DNA of 64,000 nt from Candidatus Dormiibacterota bacterium. GTDB taxonomy: Bacteria; Chloroflexota; Dormibacteria; Aeolococcales; Aeolococcaceae. The first letter of the stretch is position 1, and the number at the start of each line of letters is the position of its first letter. The translations under genes and the position numbers were made by a program. The notes under the pieces are model-generated. The model worked only from the letters and a program-made list of their open reading frames with translations, did not search any database and was not told the DNA's origin. The stretch lies in contig OY970355.1 in assembly GCA_963718525.1 (NCBI GenBank), positions 512,001 through 576,000 of the forward strand. The letters run 5' to 3'. Positions 11,189-20,357 of the stretch are shown here, piece by piece.

Positions 11189-11219
11189 CCATCCGGTACG
11201 CGTCCACACTTGCCCCAAC

Positions 11220-14200
11220 GTGGACGCGACCCCGATTGCCAAGATCCTGCCGCGGAGCCCGACCGACGGCGTGATCGAGCGCAGGGCGCTGGAACAGCTC
11301 GTCGGGACCGCCCGAACCCGGCGCCTCACGGTGGTGGTAGCCGAGGCGGGCTTCGGCAAGTCAACTCTCCTTGCCTCGTGGTGGGAGAGGGTTCCGTGCG
11401 CCTGGTACACGGCCGACCAGCGTGACCTCGACCTGCCGACGCTCGGCCGGCAGCTGAGCGACGCTCTTCGTCTGCGCGTGCCGGACATCCCCAGCGATGT
11501 GAACTGGCTTGCGGAGGGTGCCGGCGGGCCGGAGCTCGACCAGTTTCTCCGGGCCGACGCGCTGGCGGCCCAGCTCGCGGAGATCCTGCACGCCCAGCTC
11601 TCGACGGATCTCATCCTGGTGATCGATGACGCGCACGAGCTCGCGGCGTCGAGCTCGTCCGCCAGGCTCGTTGAAGCGCTGTGCCGCCATGCGCCGCCCC
11701 GACTTCACCTTGTGATCGCCGGACGCCGCCAGCCGCCCTTCCAGATCGAGCGCCTGCGGGGTCAGGGACAGCTCCTCGAGATCGACGGCAGCCAGCTGGC
11801 CTTCACCGTCGACGAGGTCGGCGAGCTGCTGGAGCGCCGGTTGGATGTCAGCGCCGGGGACCTCGCCGCCCAGATCCACCGAATTGCCGGGGGGTGGCCT
11901 GCGGCGGTGACGCTCGCCATCGAGGCGCTCAAGTCCTCGCCGCCCGCGACCTGGAGCACGGTGTTCGAGGGGCTCGACAAGCCGGCCGCGCCACTCGTGT
12001 CCTACCTGGCTGAGGAGGTCTTCGCCCGACATCCCGACGCCGTCCGGGACCTGGTCAGCAGGCTCGCGCTCTTCGAGCGCTTCACACCGGAACTCTGCGA
12101 GGCAGTTGGGCTCGCCGGCTCGCGGTCGATCCTCGCGGAGCTCACACCCCAGGGCCTCTTCATCGAAAAGGGGCAGGACGGGACGCTGGCACTCCGCCCG
12201 CTGATCCGCGAGTACGCGCTCGAGTCGCTGCCACTGCCCGAACTCGAAGCGCGGGATCTCAGGGTGGCGGCCGCCGGGTGGCTTGCGACGACCGGGTCGA
12301 CCTCGGACGCGATCCAGGTGCTGCTCTCCGCCGGCACCATGGACCAGCTGGCCGCCATCGTCGCCCTTGAGGGCTCAAGGCTGCTGGCGGCAGGCCAGAT
12401 TGCCACCGTGCTCCAGGCGTGCCAGGCCATCCCCGCCGTGTTTCGGACTGCGGAGATCGAGCAGCTCGAGGGCGAGGCTCAGCAGATCCAGGGGGACTGG
12501 AGCGAGGCCATGACCTGCTTTCAGCGCGCTGCCGCCGGTCGTGAGCGGCTGCCTGCTCACCTCGCGTGGCGGATCGGCCTCATCCATTACCTTCGCGGCG
12601 AACCCGAGGCAGCCCTGTCCGTCTACCAGCGCGGTGTTGATGACCCGGCTGCCGACCCGATGGAGATGGCGATCCTCCTCGCCTGGATGTCCACCGCGTA
12701 CTGGATCCGCGGCGATGTCGAGCCTTGTCGCGAGCTCGCCACCCGTGCGCTGGAGGCGGCCACAGCGTGCGGTGATCACCGTGCACTCGCGGCGGCGCAC
12801 ACCGTCATGGCCATGCTGGCCGCACTCGACGGCGACCGGCGCGCGAACGACGCCCATTACCTGTTGGCGCTTCGCGCGGCCGAGGAAGCGTCGGACGTGC
12901 TCCAGCTCGTGCGCATCCGTACCAATCGAGGCTCGCACTTCATGGAGGAGGGCTCATACGCGGAGGCGCTGCAGGAATTGGACGTCGCCGTGCGCCTCGC
13001 CGAACTGACCTCCTTCGCGAGCTTCCTGGCACTCAGCCTGAGCAACCGCGGGGAAACGAAGCTGCGCATGGGCCGGATCGATGAGGCGCTGGCCGATCTC
13101 GAGGCCTCACGCCTTCGTTACCGCCAGATCGACTCGGATATGGTGTCGTACCCACTGCAGCTGATCGGGGAGGTCCACAGCGAGCGCGGCAACCTGGCTC
13201 AGGCGCGGGTGATGCTCGAGGAGGCGCTCGAGGTTGCCGAGTGTGCGGGCGACGTCCAGGGCGTGGTCCCGACGCTCGCATGCCTCGCCACTGTCGTCGC
13301 GGGCGAGGACCCCGAGCGTGCGAGGGCGCTCGCCGACCAGGCGGTTTCGTACGGCACGGGCATCTCGTATGTCGTTGCGCTCCTGGCGTCCGGGTGGGTG
13401 GCCGCGGCCGCCGGCGATACCGCTCGCGCCGCGGATCTCGCCGGACAGGCAGAGGCCGTGGCGCGCGCCCGGCATGACCGTGCGGGTGTCGCCGACGCGC
13501 TCGCTCTCGCGGCGTTGACCGCCGCGGACCCGCGGATCCGAAGCCGTCGTCTTGCCGAGGCGGCAGCCATCTGGCACGAGGTCGGGAACCCACTCGGTGA
13601 GGCCAAGGTGGGTCTCGTGCTGGCGTCACTCGAACGAGGAGCAGGCTCGGCGATACAGCGGCGCAAGGCTGAGCAGCAGCTCGAAGCGCTCGGAGTGCAC
13701 GCGCATCAGAGCGGCAACGTCGCCGCGGGGCTGCTCGCATTTCTGAGCCCCCGTGACCGCGTCGCCGTGAGGATCCAGTCACTCGGCGGATTTTCAGTGC
13801 TTCGCGATGGTGAGCTGGTGCGGATTTCCGAATGGCAATCCAAGCGTGCGAGAGAGCTGCTCAAGCTCCTGATCGCCCGCCGCGGCAGGCCGGCGCCGCG
13901 CGGGTACCTCATGGAGACGCTCTGGCCCGGGGAGGACCCGGAACGCGTCACCAACCGTCTCTCGGTGGCGCTCACCACCGTCCGCGGTGTGCTCGACCCG
14001 CAACACCGCTTCGGTCCGGAGCACTTCGTGGTCTCGGACAACGACGCCGTCGCGCTCAATCTCGACGTGATCGACATCGATGTGGAGCGATTCCTCTCGG
14101 CGACGTCCGATGGGCTCGACAGCGTGCGGCGGGGCGATACGGCCCGCGGACTCCCCATCCTCAGCCGCGCCACGGTGGTGTACTCCGGCGAGTTTCTCGA

Positions 14201-14537
14201 GGAAAACCCTTACGACGACTGGACCGTGGCGCTGCGCGAGGAAGCCCGCGCCGCCTATGTGTCCGCGCTTCGCCTGCTTGCCCGGCACGCGGCTGATCCC
14301 GACACGGCCGTCTCGCATTTCCTGCGCATCCTCGAGAACGATCGCTATGACGAGGAGGCCCATCTGGGCCTGGTGCACGCACTGGCCGACGCCGGTCGCC
14401 ACGGCGAGGCGCATCGCCATTACCTGAACTACCGCCGGGCGATGGATGACCTCGGGGTGGAACCGTCGCCGTTCCCGACCATGCGCCGCGGACGCGCCCC
14501 GGAATCCAGGCATCCGAGCGCCTTCAGCCAACCTTAA
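11220..14537 (+). CDS. MalT-like ATPase + TPR + C-terminal OmpR-type wHTH + BTAD transcriptional regulator
   Basis: AEAGFGKST, LVIDDAH, GGWPAA, YLAEEV; TPR helices; IQSLGGF..WQSKRARELLKLL..LWP; DIDVERF, YSGEFLEENPYDDW, DRYDEEAH. Confidence 0.88.
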   Translation: MDATPIAKILPRSPTDGVIERRALEQLVGTARTRRLTVVVAEAGFGKSTLLASWWERVPCAWYTADQRDLDLPTLGRQLSDALRLRVPDIPSDVNWLAEGAGGPELDQFLRADALAAQLAEILHAQLSTDLILVIDDAHELAASSSSARLVEALCRHAPPRLHLVIAGRRQPPFQIERLRGQGQLLEIDGSQLAFTVDEVGELLERRLDVSAGDLAAQIHRIAGGWPAAVTLAIEALKSSPPATWSTVFEGLDKPAAPLVSYLAEEVFARHPDAVRDLVSRLALFERFTPELCEAVGLAGSRSILAELTPQGLFIEKGQDGTLALRPLIREYALESLPLPELEARDLRVAAAGWLATTGSTSDAIQVLLSAGTMDQLAAIVALEGSRLLAAGQIATVLQACQAIPAVFRTAEIEQLEGEAQQIQGDWSEAMTCFQRAAAGRERLPAHLAWRIGLIHYLRGEPEAALSVYQRGVDDPAADPMEMAILLAWMSTAYWIRGDVEPCRELATRALEAATACGDHRALAAAHTVMAMLAALDGDRRANDAHYLLALRAAEEASDVLQLVRIRTNRGSHFMEEGSYAEALQELDVAVRLAELTSFASFLALSLSNRGETKLRMGRIDEALADLEASRLRYRQIDSDMVSYPLQLIGEVHSERGNLAQARVMLEEALEVAECAGDVQGVVPTLACLATVVAGEDPERARALADQAVSYGTGISYVVALLASGWVAAAAGDTARAADLAGQAEAVARARHDRAGVADALALAALTAADPRIRSRRLAEAAAIWHEVGNPLGEAKVGLVLASLERGAGSAIQRRKAEQQLEALGVHAHQSGNVAAGLLAFLSPRDRVAVRIQSLGGFSVLRDGELVRISEWQSKRARELLKLLIARRGRPAPRGYLMETLWPGEDPERVTNRLSVALTTVRGVLDPQHRFGPEHFVVSDNDAVALNLDVIDIDVERFLSATSDGLDSVRRGDTARGLPILSRATVVYSGEFLEENPYDDWTVALREEARAAYVSALRLLARHAADPDTAVSHFLRILENDRYDEEAHLGLVHALADAGRHGEAHRHYLNYRRAMDDLGVEPSPFPTMRRGRAPESRHPSAFSQP

Positions 14538-14564
14538 GGCCGCTCAAAGCAGGCTTCCTAGGCT
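14522..14564 (+). promoter_or_regulatory. Three 11-bp-periodic boxes plus -10 element (SARP-type promoter candidate)
   Basis: cttcag 14522, cttaag 14533, tcaaag 14544; TAGGCT 14559-14564, 8 nt before ATG 14573. Confidence 0.45.
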
Positions 14565-14572
14565 CACGCGTC

Positions 14573-14794
14573 ATGGAGACGTTTGTCGTGCGCGTGTGGA
14601 CACCCGAGGACCACGACGGCTGGTCGCCTGGAGTGCGCGGTACGGCGACCCACCTGGCCTCCGGCGATCAGGTGACCTTCACCGAAACGGACGGATTGAT
14701 CGGGTTCATCGTCCGTGCCCTTTCGCAAGGCAACAGAGCCGCCGCGGACGCAGACGCGGCGCCTTCCACGAGTAAAGGTCAGAAACGTCTGTAA
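14573..14794 (+). CDS. Small hypothetical protein downstream of BTAD regulator
   Basis: 73 aa: ETFVVRVW..VRGTATHLASGDQVTF..LIGFI; promoter-like elements directly upstream. Confidence 0.7.
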   Translation: METFVVRVWTPEDHDGWSPGVRGTATHLASGDQVTFTETDGLIGFIVRALSQGNRAAADADAAPSTSKGQKRL

Positions 14795-14906
14795 CCTGCG
14801 AGGGAATTCCCGCTGGCCCTCGGTTGCCCAAGCTCACCTGTTGCAACCGCTCCCTGCCGCCGGTGGATGCGCCCCGACGGTCGCGCCGCACATCTGACGC
14901 GGCAGG

Positions 14907-15251
14907 TCAGTCCTCGGGAAGCGTGATCAGATGGCCCGGCTGTCGCATCGAACCGGGAGGGCAGAGCCAGGTCATCACGTCGACCACCAGGCGACCGGCG
15001 AGTACAGCCGGGTCCGCCTCCGCAAGCTCACGAGCGCGTGCAAGTGAGCCCGTTCTATAGAACGTGAGTCCGCGGAGCGACTCGTCCGGCTGATCCAGGA
15101 CCGGGCCGTTGGTGGCGACCTCACCTGACGCGCGAAGTGCCCTGTGGTACTCGAGATGCTCGCGCTGGATGCGCTGCAATGTTTCCTCGTCGGACGCCGG
15201 GGCACCGTCGGGGCGGCGGAGCAGCGCGAGTTCGAAGGACTCCAGATCCAT
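14907..15251 (-). CDS. YciI family protein
   Basis: QREHLEY, NGPV, AEADPAVLAGRL. Confidence 0.85.
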   Translation of the reverse strand: MDLESFELALLRRPDGAPASDEETLQRIQREHLEYHRALRASGEVATNGPVLDQPDESLRGLTFYRTGSLARARELAEADPAVLAGRLVVDVMTWLCPPGSMRQPGHLITLPED

Positions 15252-15355
15252 GGTCATTCTCCGGGCGAGGCGGTGGGTCGCTACCTGCGATCTGCGGCTT
15301 TTGTGTCAGGGGTATTAGACTGCGCCGCGATCCGGTAACTCCTGGAGGGGCTTCG

Positions 15356-16453
15356 ATGGGACAGGCGATTCTGCTGGTCGGGACGCGGAAGGGCTTGATG
15401 ATCGCCCGAAGCTCGGACGACCGTCGCACCTGGACGACCGACGACTTCCAGTTTCGCAACCAAGAGGTCTATTCAGTCGCGATCGACACGCGTCACGACC
15501 CGCCCCGGATCTTCGCCGGCGTCGGGACTGGTCACTGGGGTCCGCTGCTGACCTACTCCGACGACCTCGGTGTGTCATGGACCGAACCGGCGGAACCGCC
15601 GATCGGATTTCCGCAGAGCAGTGACGCCTCGGTCGCCCGTGTCTGGCAGATTCGGCCGGCGACCGACCTGCAACCGGACGTCGTGTACGCCGGGGTGGAG
15701 CCGCACGCACTGTTCCGATCGGACGACCGCGGCGTGAGCTTCGCACTCGTCGAGGGTCTGTGGAACCACCCGGACCGGCCGAGCTGGACCCCGGGCGGCG
15801 GCGGAGCATGCCTCCACACGGTCCTGCCACATCCCACCGACCCGGACGACGTCCTGGTCGCCATGTCCGCGGCCGGCGTCTACCGAACCAGGGACGGCGG
15901 GGCAAGCTGGTCGCGAGCAAACCGTGGCATCCAGGCAGCCTTCCTCCCCGAGGATCAGCGCTTCCCGGAATTCGGACAGTGCGTCCACAAGGTCGCGCTC
16001 CACCCCAACCGCCCGCAGCGGCTGTTCGCTCAAAACCACTTCGGCGTGTATCGCAGCGAGGATCGCGGCAACTCCTGGGCGCCCATCGAAGCAGGTCTGC
16101 CCAGCAACTTCGGGTTCGCGATGGTGGTGCACCCGCATCAGCCGGACACCCTCTACCTGTTTCCGCTCAAGGCCGACCTCGAGCGGTTCCCACCGGAGGC
16201 CAAGTGCCGCGTGTACCGGACCGAGAACGCAGGCACGAGCTGGGAGCCGCTATCGGAGGGACTCCCCAAGGACCCGTACTACGCAGCGGTGCTTCGCGAC
16301 GCGATGGTCGCCAACTCAGGAGACCCGGCTGGTATCTATTTCGGAACCCGGCTCGGAGAGGTGTACGCAAGCCGCGACGGCGGCGACAGCTGGTGGTTGC
16401 TGGCCGAACATCTGCCGGACGTGCTCTCCCTTCGGGTTGCCGAGATCGCGTGA
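15356..16453 (+). CDS. BNR/Asp-box beta-propeller (sialidase-like fold) protein
   Basis: LLVGTRKGL start; repeated Asp-boxes (YSDDLGVSW, RSDDRGVSF, RTRDGGASW, RSEDRGNSW, ASRDGGDSW); GGAGG RBS. Confidence 0.88.
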   Translation: MGQAILLVGTRKGLMIARSSDDRRTWTTDDFQFRNQEVYSVAIDTRHDPPRIFAGVGTGHWGPLLTYSDDLGVSWTEPAEPPIGFPQSSDASVARVWQIRPATDLQPDVVYAGVEPHALFRSDDRGVSFALVEGLWNHPDRPSWTPGGGGACLHTVLPHPTDPDDVLVAMSAAGVYRTRDGGASWSRANRGIQAAFLPEDQRFPEFGQCVHKVALHPNRPQRLFAQNHFGVYRSEDRGNSWAPIEAGLPSNFGFAMVVHPHQPDTLYLFPLKADLERFPPEAKCRVYRTENAGTSWEPLSEGLPKDPYYAAVLRDAMVANSGDPAGIYFGTRLGEVYASRDGGDSWWLLAEHLPDVLSLRVAEIA

Positions 16454-16731
16454 CGTCGCGGCTGCTGCTCCCTGCCGCGCTGCGGCGCTACGCCGACGAG
16501 CAGGTCGAGGTCGAGATCCACGGTGGCACCCTGGGTGCGGCACTCGACGACCTGGCCGAACGGCTCCCACAGCTGGAACGCCGGTTGCGCGATGAGCAGG
16601 GCCAGCTCCGACCCCATGTCCTCATGTTCGTCGATGGCGTGGGCGTGCGAAGCGGAGCGCCGATGGACACCCCGGTTCGCGACGGGTCCGAAGTGTTCGT
16701 GGCGCCGGCGGTATCCGGCGGGAGGGTTTAG
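16450..16731 (+). CDS. MoaD/ThiS ubiquitin-like protein ending in GG-RV
   Basis: GTGA overlap with propeller gene; LPAALRRY..GTLGAAL..LRPHVLMFVDG..PAVSGGRV*. Confidence 0.88.
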   Translation: MTSRLLLPAALRRYADEQVEVEIHGGTLGAALDDLAERLPQLERRLRDEQGQLRPHVLMFVDGVGVRSGAPMDTPVRDGSEVFVAPAVSGGRV

Positions 16732-17306
16732 CTCTTCTCCGCGCTCACAGCCGGCTGCCGGAACTCGACGTCCTTGGTCTCGACCGTCCCGGCGGTGCGC
16801 CCCGGAGCCGTCTGATACGTCCAGTACAGGTTCGTGTGGGCGATCACCTGCTCCGGCGGCGGCGCTCCCCATGCCGTTTGATCTTCGGTGGTGTGGGCGT
16901 CACTGACGAGCGTTGCGTCGTAGCCCCTGACGAAGGCTCCGTGGAGCGTTGAGCGCACGCACGCATCGGTTTGCGCGCCAACCACGAGAAGACGCCCAAC
17001 CCCGAGGTCCGACAGCACGGTTTCGAGGCCGGTGTCCTCGAATAAGTCGCCGTAGTTCTTCTCGACGAGCGGCTCAGCATCCCCCGGATGCAGCTCGGGC
17101 ACGATCCGCCAGCCGTCACTCCCCCTTGCAATATTTTCATCGGAGTGCTGGACCCAGACGACCGGGACCTCCTCCCGACGGGCTTTTTCGACGAGGCTGC
17201 CGACATTGGCGACGACCTCGTCGCGCCTGGGAGCGCCCTCGACGACGCAGTTCTGGACGTCGATGACGAGGAGCGCTGTGTTCGGGCGATTCGCAAGTGT
17301 GGTCAC
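16728..17306 (-). CDS. Isochorismatase/cysteine hydrolase family protein
   Basis: ALLVIDVQ, VEKNY, GAQTDACV, DAHTT. Confidence 0.9.
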   Translation of the reverse strand: MTTLANRPNTALLVIDVQNCVVEGAPRRDEVVANVGSLVEKARREEVPVVWVQHSDENIARGSDGWRIVPELHPGDAEPLVEKNYGDLFEDTGLETVLSDLGVGRLLVVGAQTDACVRSTLHGAFVRGYDATLVSDAHTTEDQTAWGAPPPEQVIAHTNLYWTYQTAPGRTAGTVETKDVEFRQPAVSAEKS

Positions 17307-17415
17307 GGGTTCCCCTTGGTCAAGCTGGCACCTGGACCATCAACGTTAGCGACAGCGTCAGACCGCTCGCAAACCGGGGGCTGACGTTGCATCCCAGGCC
17401 AATCCCGAAAGGTGG

Positions 17416-17817
17416 TCAGTCGCTCGGCGGCTGTGCGGTGGCTCCTGGGGCAAGCCAGCGATGCGCCCATCTGCCCAGCGCCCCGAGCAACTCGTTGAGG
17501 TCTCGACCTGCCTCGGTCAGCGCGTATTCCACGCCCACCGGCGGCCCAGGAAGCACGCGCCGCGACACCAACCCGGCGGTCTCGAGTTCGCGGAGGCGGT
17601 CGGCGCAGAGCCGCTCCGACATTCCCGGGACGGCGCTGACCAAGACATGGAAGCGCTGCGGTCCGCGGAACAGGATGCTGACGATCGCACCGGTCCAGCG
17701 CTTGCCGACCAGTTCGATCGCCTGGTGGTACAGGGCGCAGACCGACGCGGGATCGTGCCCGGCATCACCCAGAGCCACGTCGACGGGATCAGACGCAAGA
17801 GCCATCGACCGCATCAT
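17416..17817 (-). CDS. HxlR/DUF24 winged-helix regulator (start uncertain)
   Basis: VCALYHQAIELVGKRWTG, RLRELE, VEYALTEAG; N-terminal Cys. Confidence 0.88.
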   Translation of the reverse strand: MMRSMALASDPVDVALGDAGHDPASVCALYHQAIELVGKRWTGAIVSILFRGPQRFHVLVSAVPGMSERLCADRLRELETAGLVSRRVLPGPPVGVEYALTEAGRDLNELLGALGRWAHRWLAPGATAQPPSD

Positions 17818-17834
17818 ACCTCTGTCGCACACGC

Positions 17835-17863
17835 TTGACATAGCTGCTTATTATCAGTAAGCT
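17835..17863 (+). promoter_or_regulatory. sigma70-type promoter of doxX overlapped by inverted repeat (likely HxlR operator)
   Basis: TTGACA 17835-17840, 17 nt, TAAGCT 17858-17863; GCTTAT-N5-GTAAGC at 17846-17862. Confidence 0.7.
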
Positions 17864-17904
17864 ACTGCCTATACGTTAGTACGTTCTGCCTGGGAGATCA
17901 CTTC

Positions 17905-18423
17905 ATGAACACTGGTTTGCTGATTCTTCGCGTCGTGGTGGGCGCTGCCCTCGCGGCACACGGTGCGCAGAAGCTCTTTGGGTTGTGGGGCGGCCCGGGT
18001 GTCCGCGGGCTCCGCGACCACCTCGCGCATATGCGCTTTCGTCCCGCTTCGGTCTGGGTCGCCGGCGCGGTCGCATCCGAGGTCGGCGGCGGCGTGCTGC
18101 TCGCTCTGGGACTGCTCAGCCCGCTCGGCTCCGTCGGTGTCGGGGCCGCGATGCTCATGGCGATCGTCGCGTTCCATTGGGGCAAGGGATTCTTCGGTCA
18201 GCGCGGCGGCGTCGAGGTGCCGCTCCTCTACCTCGTCGCTGGGTCGGCGCTGGGGATCACAGGCCCCGGTTCGTACTCGCTTGATTCACTCTTCGGGATC
18301 ACCCTTCCTGAGCCGGTCGTCGGCATCGTCGCCGCCGCCGTGGCGGTCTTCGGGGTCGCGCTGGCGATGGCTGGGCGTCGCCCCGCCGTCGCGGCGCAGC
18401 CGGCCTCGGACCTCGCGGCGTAA
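17905..18423 (+). CDS. DoxX family membrane protein
   Basis: LRVVVG..HGAQKLFG..GG.G, EVGGG, GPGSYSLD; GGAG RBS. Confidence 0.92.
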   Translation: MNTGLLILRVVVGAALAAHGAQKLFGLWGGPGVRGLRDHLAHMRFRPASVWVAGAVASEVGGGVLLALGLLSPLGSVGVGAAMLMAIVAFHWGKGFFGQRGGVEVPLLYLVAGSALGITGPGSYSLDSLFGITLPEPVVGIVAAAVAVFGVALAMAGRRPAVAAQPASDLAA

Positions 18424-18471
18424 CACCCTCGGGGCGGCGATTGATCGGCCAGCCGTCAGCGGGGCGGCCGT

Positions 18472-18903
18472 TCAGCCTCCGGACTGCTGGGGTGACCCGC
18501 TCAGCACCTTGGACAGAAGCTCGTCGAACTCGGCGAACTCCGAAGGCGTAAGCGACCCGAATGAATCGCGCAACACGCGATCGACGATCTCATCACCGGC
18601 GCGGCGCAGTGCCCGGCCCTTCTCGGTCAGCTGGTGGCGCACCGCTCGCCCAGGGCTCGGCACCCGCTCGATCAGGCCCCGCCTGATCATCCGGCCCGAG
18701 AGCGTCCCAAACGACTGATCGCTCTGGAACGTCAGCAGCGCAAGGTGGTGCAGCGATGCGCCCGGATTCTCGTCGAGATGACGGAGCGCGTCCCACTGGA
18801 CGAGGCTGATGCCCAGCGGCGCCAGTCCAGCGTCGAGCGCCTTATGGTGCCGCGCCTGGAGCCGTTTGACTGACAGGCCGACGCCCTGGAGTGTCCGCGC
18901 CAT
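18472..18903 (-). CDS. MarR family regulator
   Basis: GISLVQWDAL, GLIER, LTEKG; TAGAAT 6 nt before ATG. Confidence 0.9.
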   Translation of the reverse strand: MARTLQGVGLSVKRLQARHHKALDAGLAPLGISLVQWDALRHLDENPGASLHHLALLTFQSDQSFGTLSGRMIRRGLIERVPSPGRAVRHQLTEKGRALRRAGDEIVDRVLRDSFGSLTPSEFAEFDELLSKVLSGSPQQSGG

Positions 18904-19012
18904 CTGACGATTCTACGCGCCCGTATCAGCCTGTTTGGATCAGCTTGCTGTTCTAAACATGTTGTGATAAGGTTGTTGATATGATCCGGCAACGGCGCGA
19001 GGAGAAGCAGTC

Positions 19013-19825
19013 ATGAGCACCAGCACCCAGCACAGTCTTGTGGTTGAAGGCATCGGCCCGGTCGAGGTCACCGTTTCGGACGTCGGCCGCGGACGCCCGT
19101 TCCTGCTCATTCATGGCGGCGCCGGCCCCCAGTCGGTGACCGCGTTCGCGGACCGGCTCGCCGCCAGTCCGGCACGCGCGATCATCCCGACGCACCCTGG
19201 CTTCGGCGGCACGCCGCGACCCGACGGGCTCGAGAGCATCGCCGCCCTGGCGCGGCTCTACGTTGCCCTGCTCGATATGCTGAACGTCGACGACGTGACC
19301 GTCGTCGGCAACTCGATCGGCGGATGGATCGCGGCCGAGATGGCACTCCTCGGATCGCGGCGGATCAGCGCGCTCGTGCTCGTCGATGCTGCCGGCATCG
19401 AGGTCGAGGGCCATCCGATTGCCGACTTCTTTTCCCTGACGCTCGACCAGGTCACCGATTTCAGCTATCACGATCCGGAGCGCTTCCGGATCGATCCAAC
19501 GACGATCACGGACGCTCAGCGGGTGGTTGTCGCCGGGAACCGGTCGAGCCTCGCCGCATACGGCGACCAGGCGATGGGAGACCGCACCCTCCGCGAGCGC
19601 CTCGCGAACGTCACGGTGCCCACGCTCGTCGTCTGGGGCGACAGTGACCAGATCGTCGACCCGGAGTACGGCCGTGCCTATGCTGCCGCGATCCCCGGGG
19701 CGGTATTCACCCTGCTCACGGATACCGGTCACCTTCCCCAGATCGAGACACCCGATCAGCTCCTGAAATCGATCCGGGACTTCGCGACGGCGAACGCCGC
19801 TCATCGACCCGCCGCTGCGGAGTGA
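19013..19825 (+). CDS. Alpha/beta hydrolase
   Basis: HGG, GNSIGG nucleophile elbow, WGDSD, GHLPQIE; AGGAG RBS. Confidence 0.92.
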   Translation: MSTSTQHSLVVEGIGPVEVTVSDVGRGRPFLLIHGGAGPQSVTAFADRLAASPARAIIPTHPGFGGTPRPDGLESIAALARLYVALLDMLNVDDVTVVGNSIGGWIAAEMALLGSRRISALVLVDAAGIEVEGHPIADFFSLTLDQVTDFSYHDPERFRIDPTTITDAQRVVVAGNRSSLAAYGDQAMGDRTLRERLANVTVPTLVVWGDSDQIVDPEYGRAYAAAIPGAVFTLLTDTGHLPQIETPDQLLKSIRDFATANAAHRPAAAE

Positions 19826-19875
19826 CACACGACTCGTCGAGGGACCCGATCACCGTGTCGACGAGCTCGCCGCCA

Positions 19876-20262
19876 TCAGCTCGCTGGGCCGTCGATGGTC
19901 ACCTCGAACAGCGGGCTCGATTTGATCATGACGGGGAGATCGTCGCGCTTCCAGATGCGCGCGATGTGGGGCAGCACCTCGCGGCGCTCGGCGTCGTCGG
20001 TGATGATCCGCGCGGTGGCTGCGAGGTCGGCCCGGACAGGTCCTTTGAGGTGGAAGGTGAAGTGCGGGTCAGCCGTGAGGTTGGCGATGTAGCTCCGCTT
20101 GAACCCGGGCATCCCGCTGATGAACAGCCGCCCGCCGACGTTATGGAAGACGATCTCGATGCGATGGGGCTGGCCGGTCTTGCGGCCCGTTGTGGTGATG
20201 TCGATGACGCCGCCACGCTCGAGCGCGTCACGGATCGGCTGGTCGAGTTGTGCGGTGCTCAT
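19876..20262 (-). CDS. Split-barrel flavin/deazaflavin-dependent (DDN/PNPOx-like) protein
   Basis: DITTTGRKTGQPHRIEI, ANLTADP. Confidence 0.8.
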   Translation of the reverse strand: MSTAQLDQPIRDALERGGVIDITTTGRKTGQPHRIEIVFHNVGGRLFISGMPGFKRSYIANLTADPHFTFHLKGPVRADLAATARIITDDAERREVLPHIARIWKRDDLPVMIKSSPLFEVTIDGPAS

Positions 20263-20357
20263 GTTGTTCCCCGTTCGTATGCTCGCTCGCGAGGCGATTG
20301 AGGTCTCAGCCTAAACGCCCCGGTCGGCGCGGCGCGTTATGGCATCGTCGCACCCCC

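Noticed and set aside
17341-17389. Inverted repeat caacgttagc..gctgacgttg with alternative pairing as a riboswitch
   Set aside because: The pairing favours the strand opposite to the flanking genes and matches no known motif.
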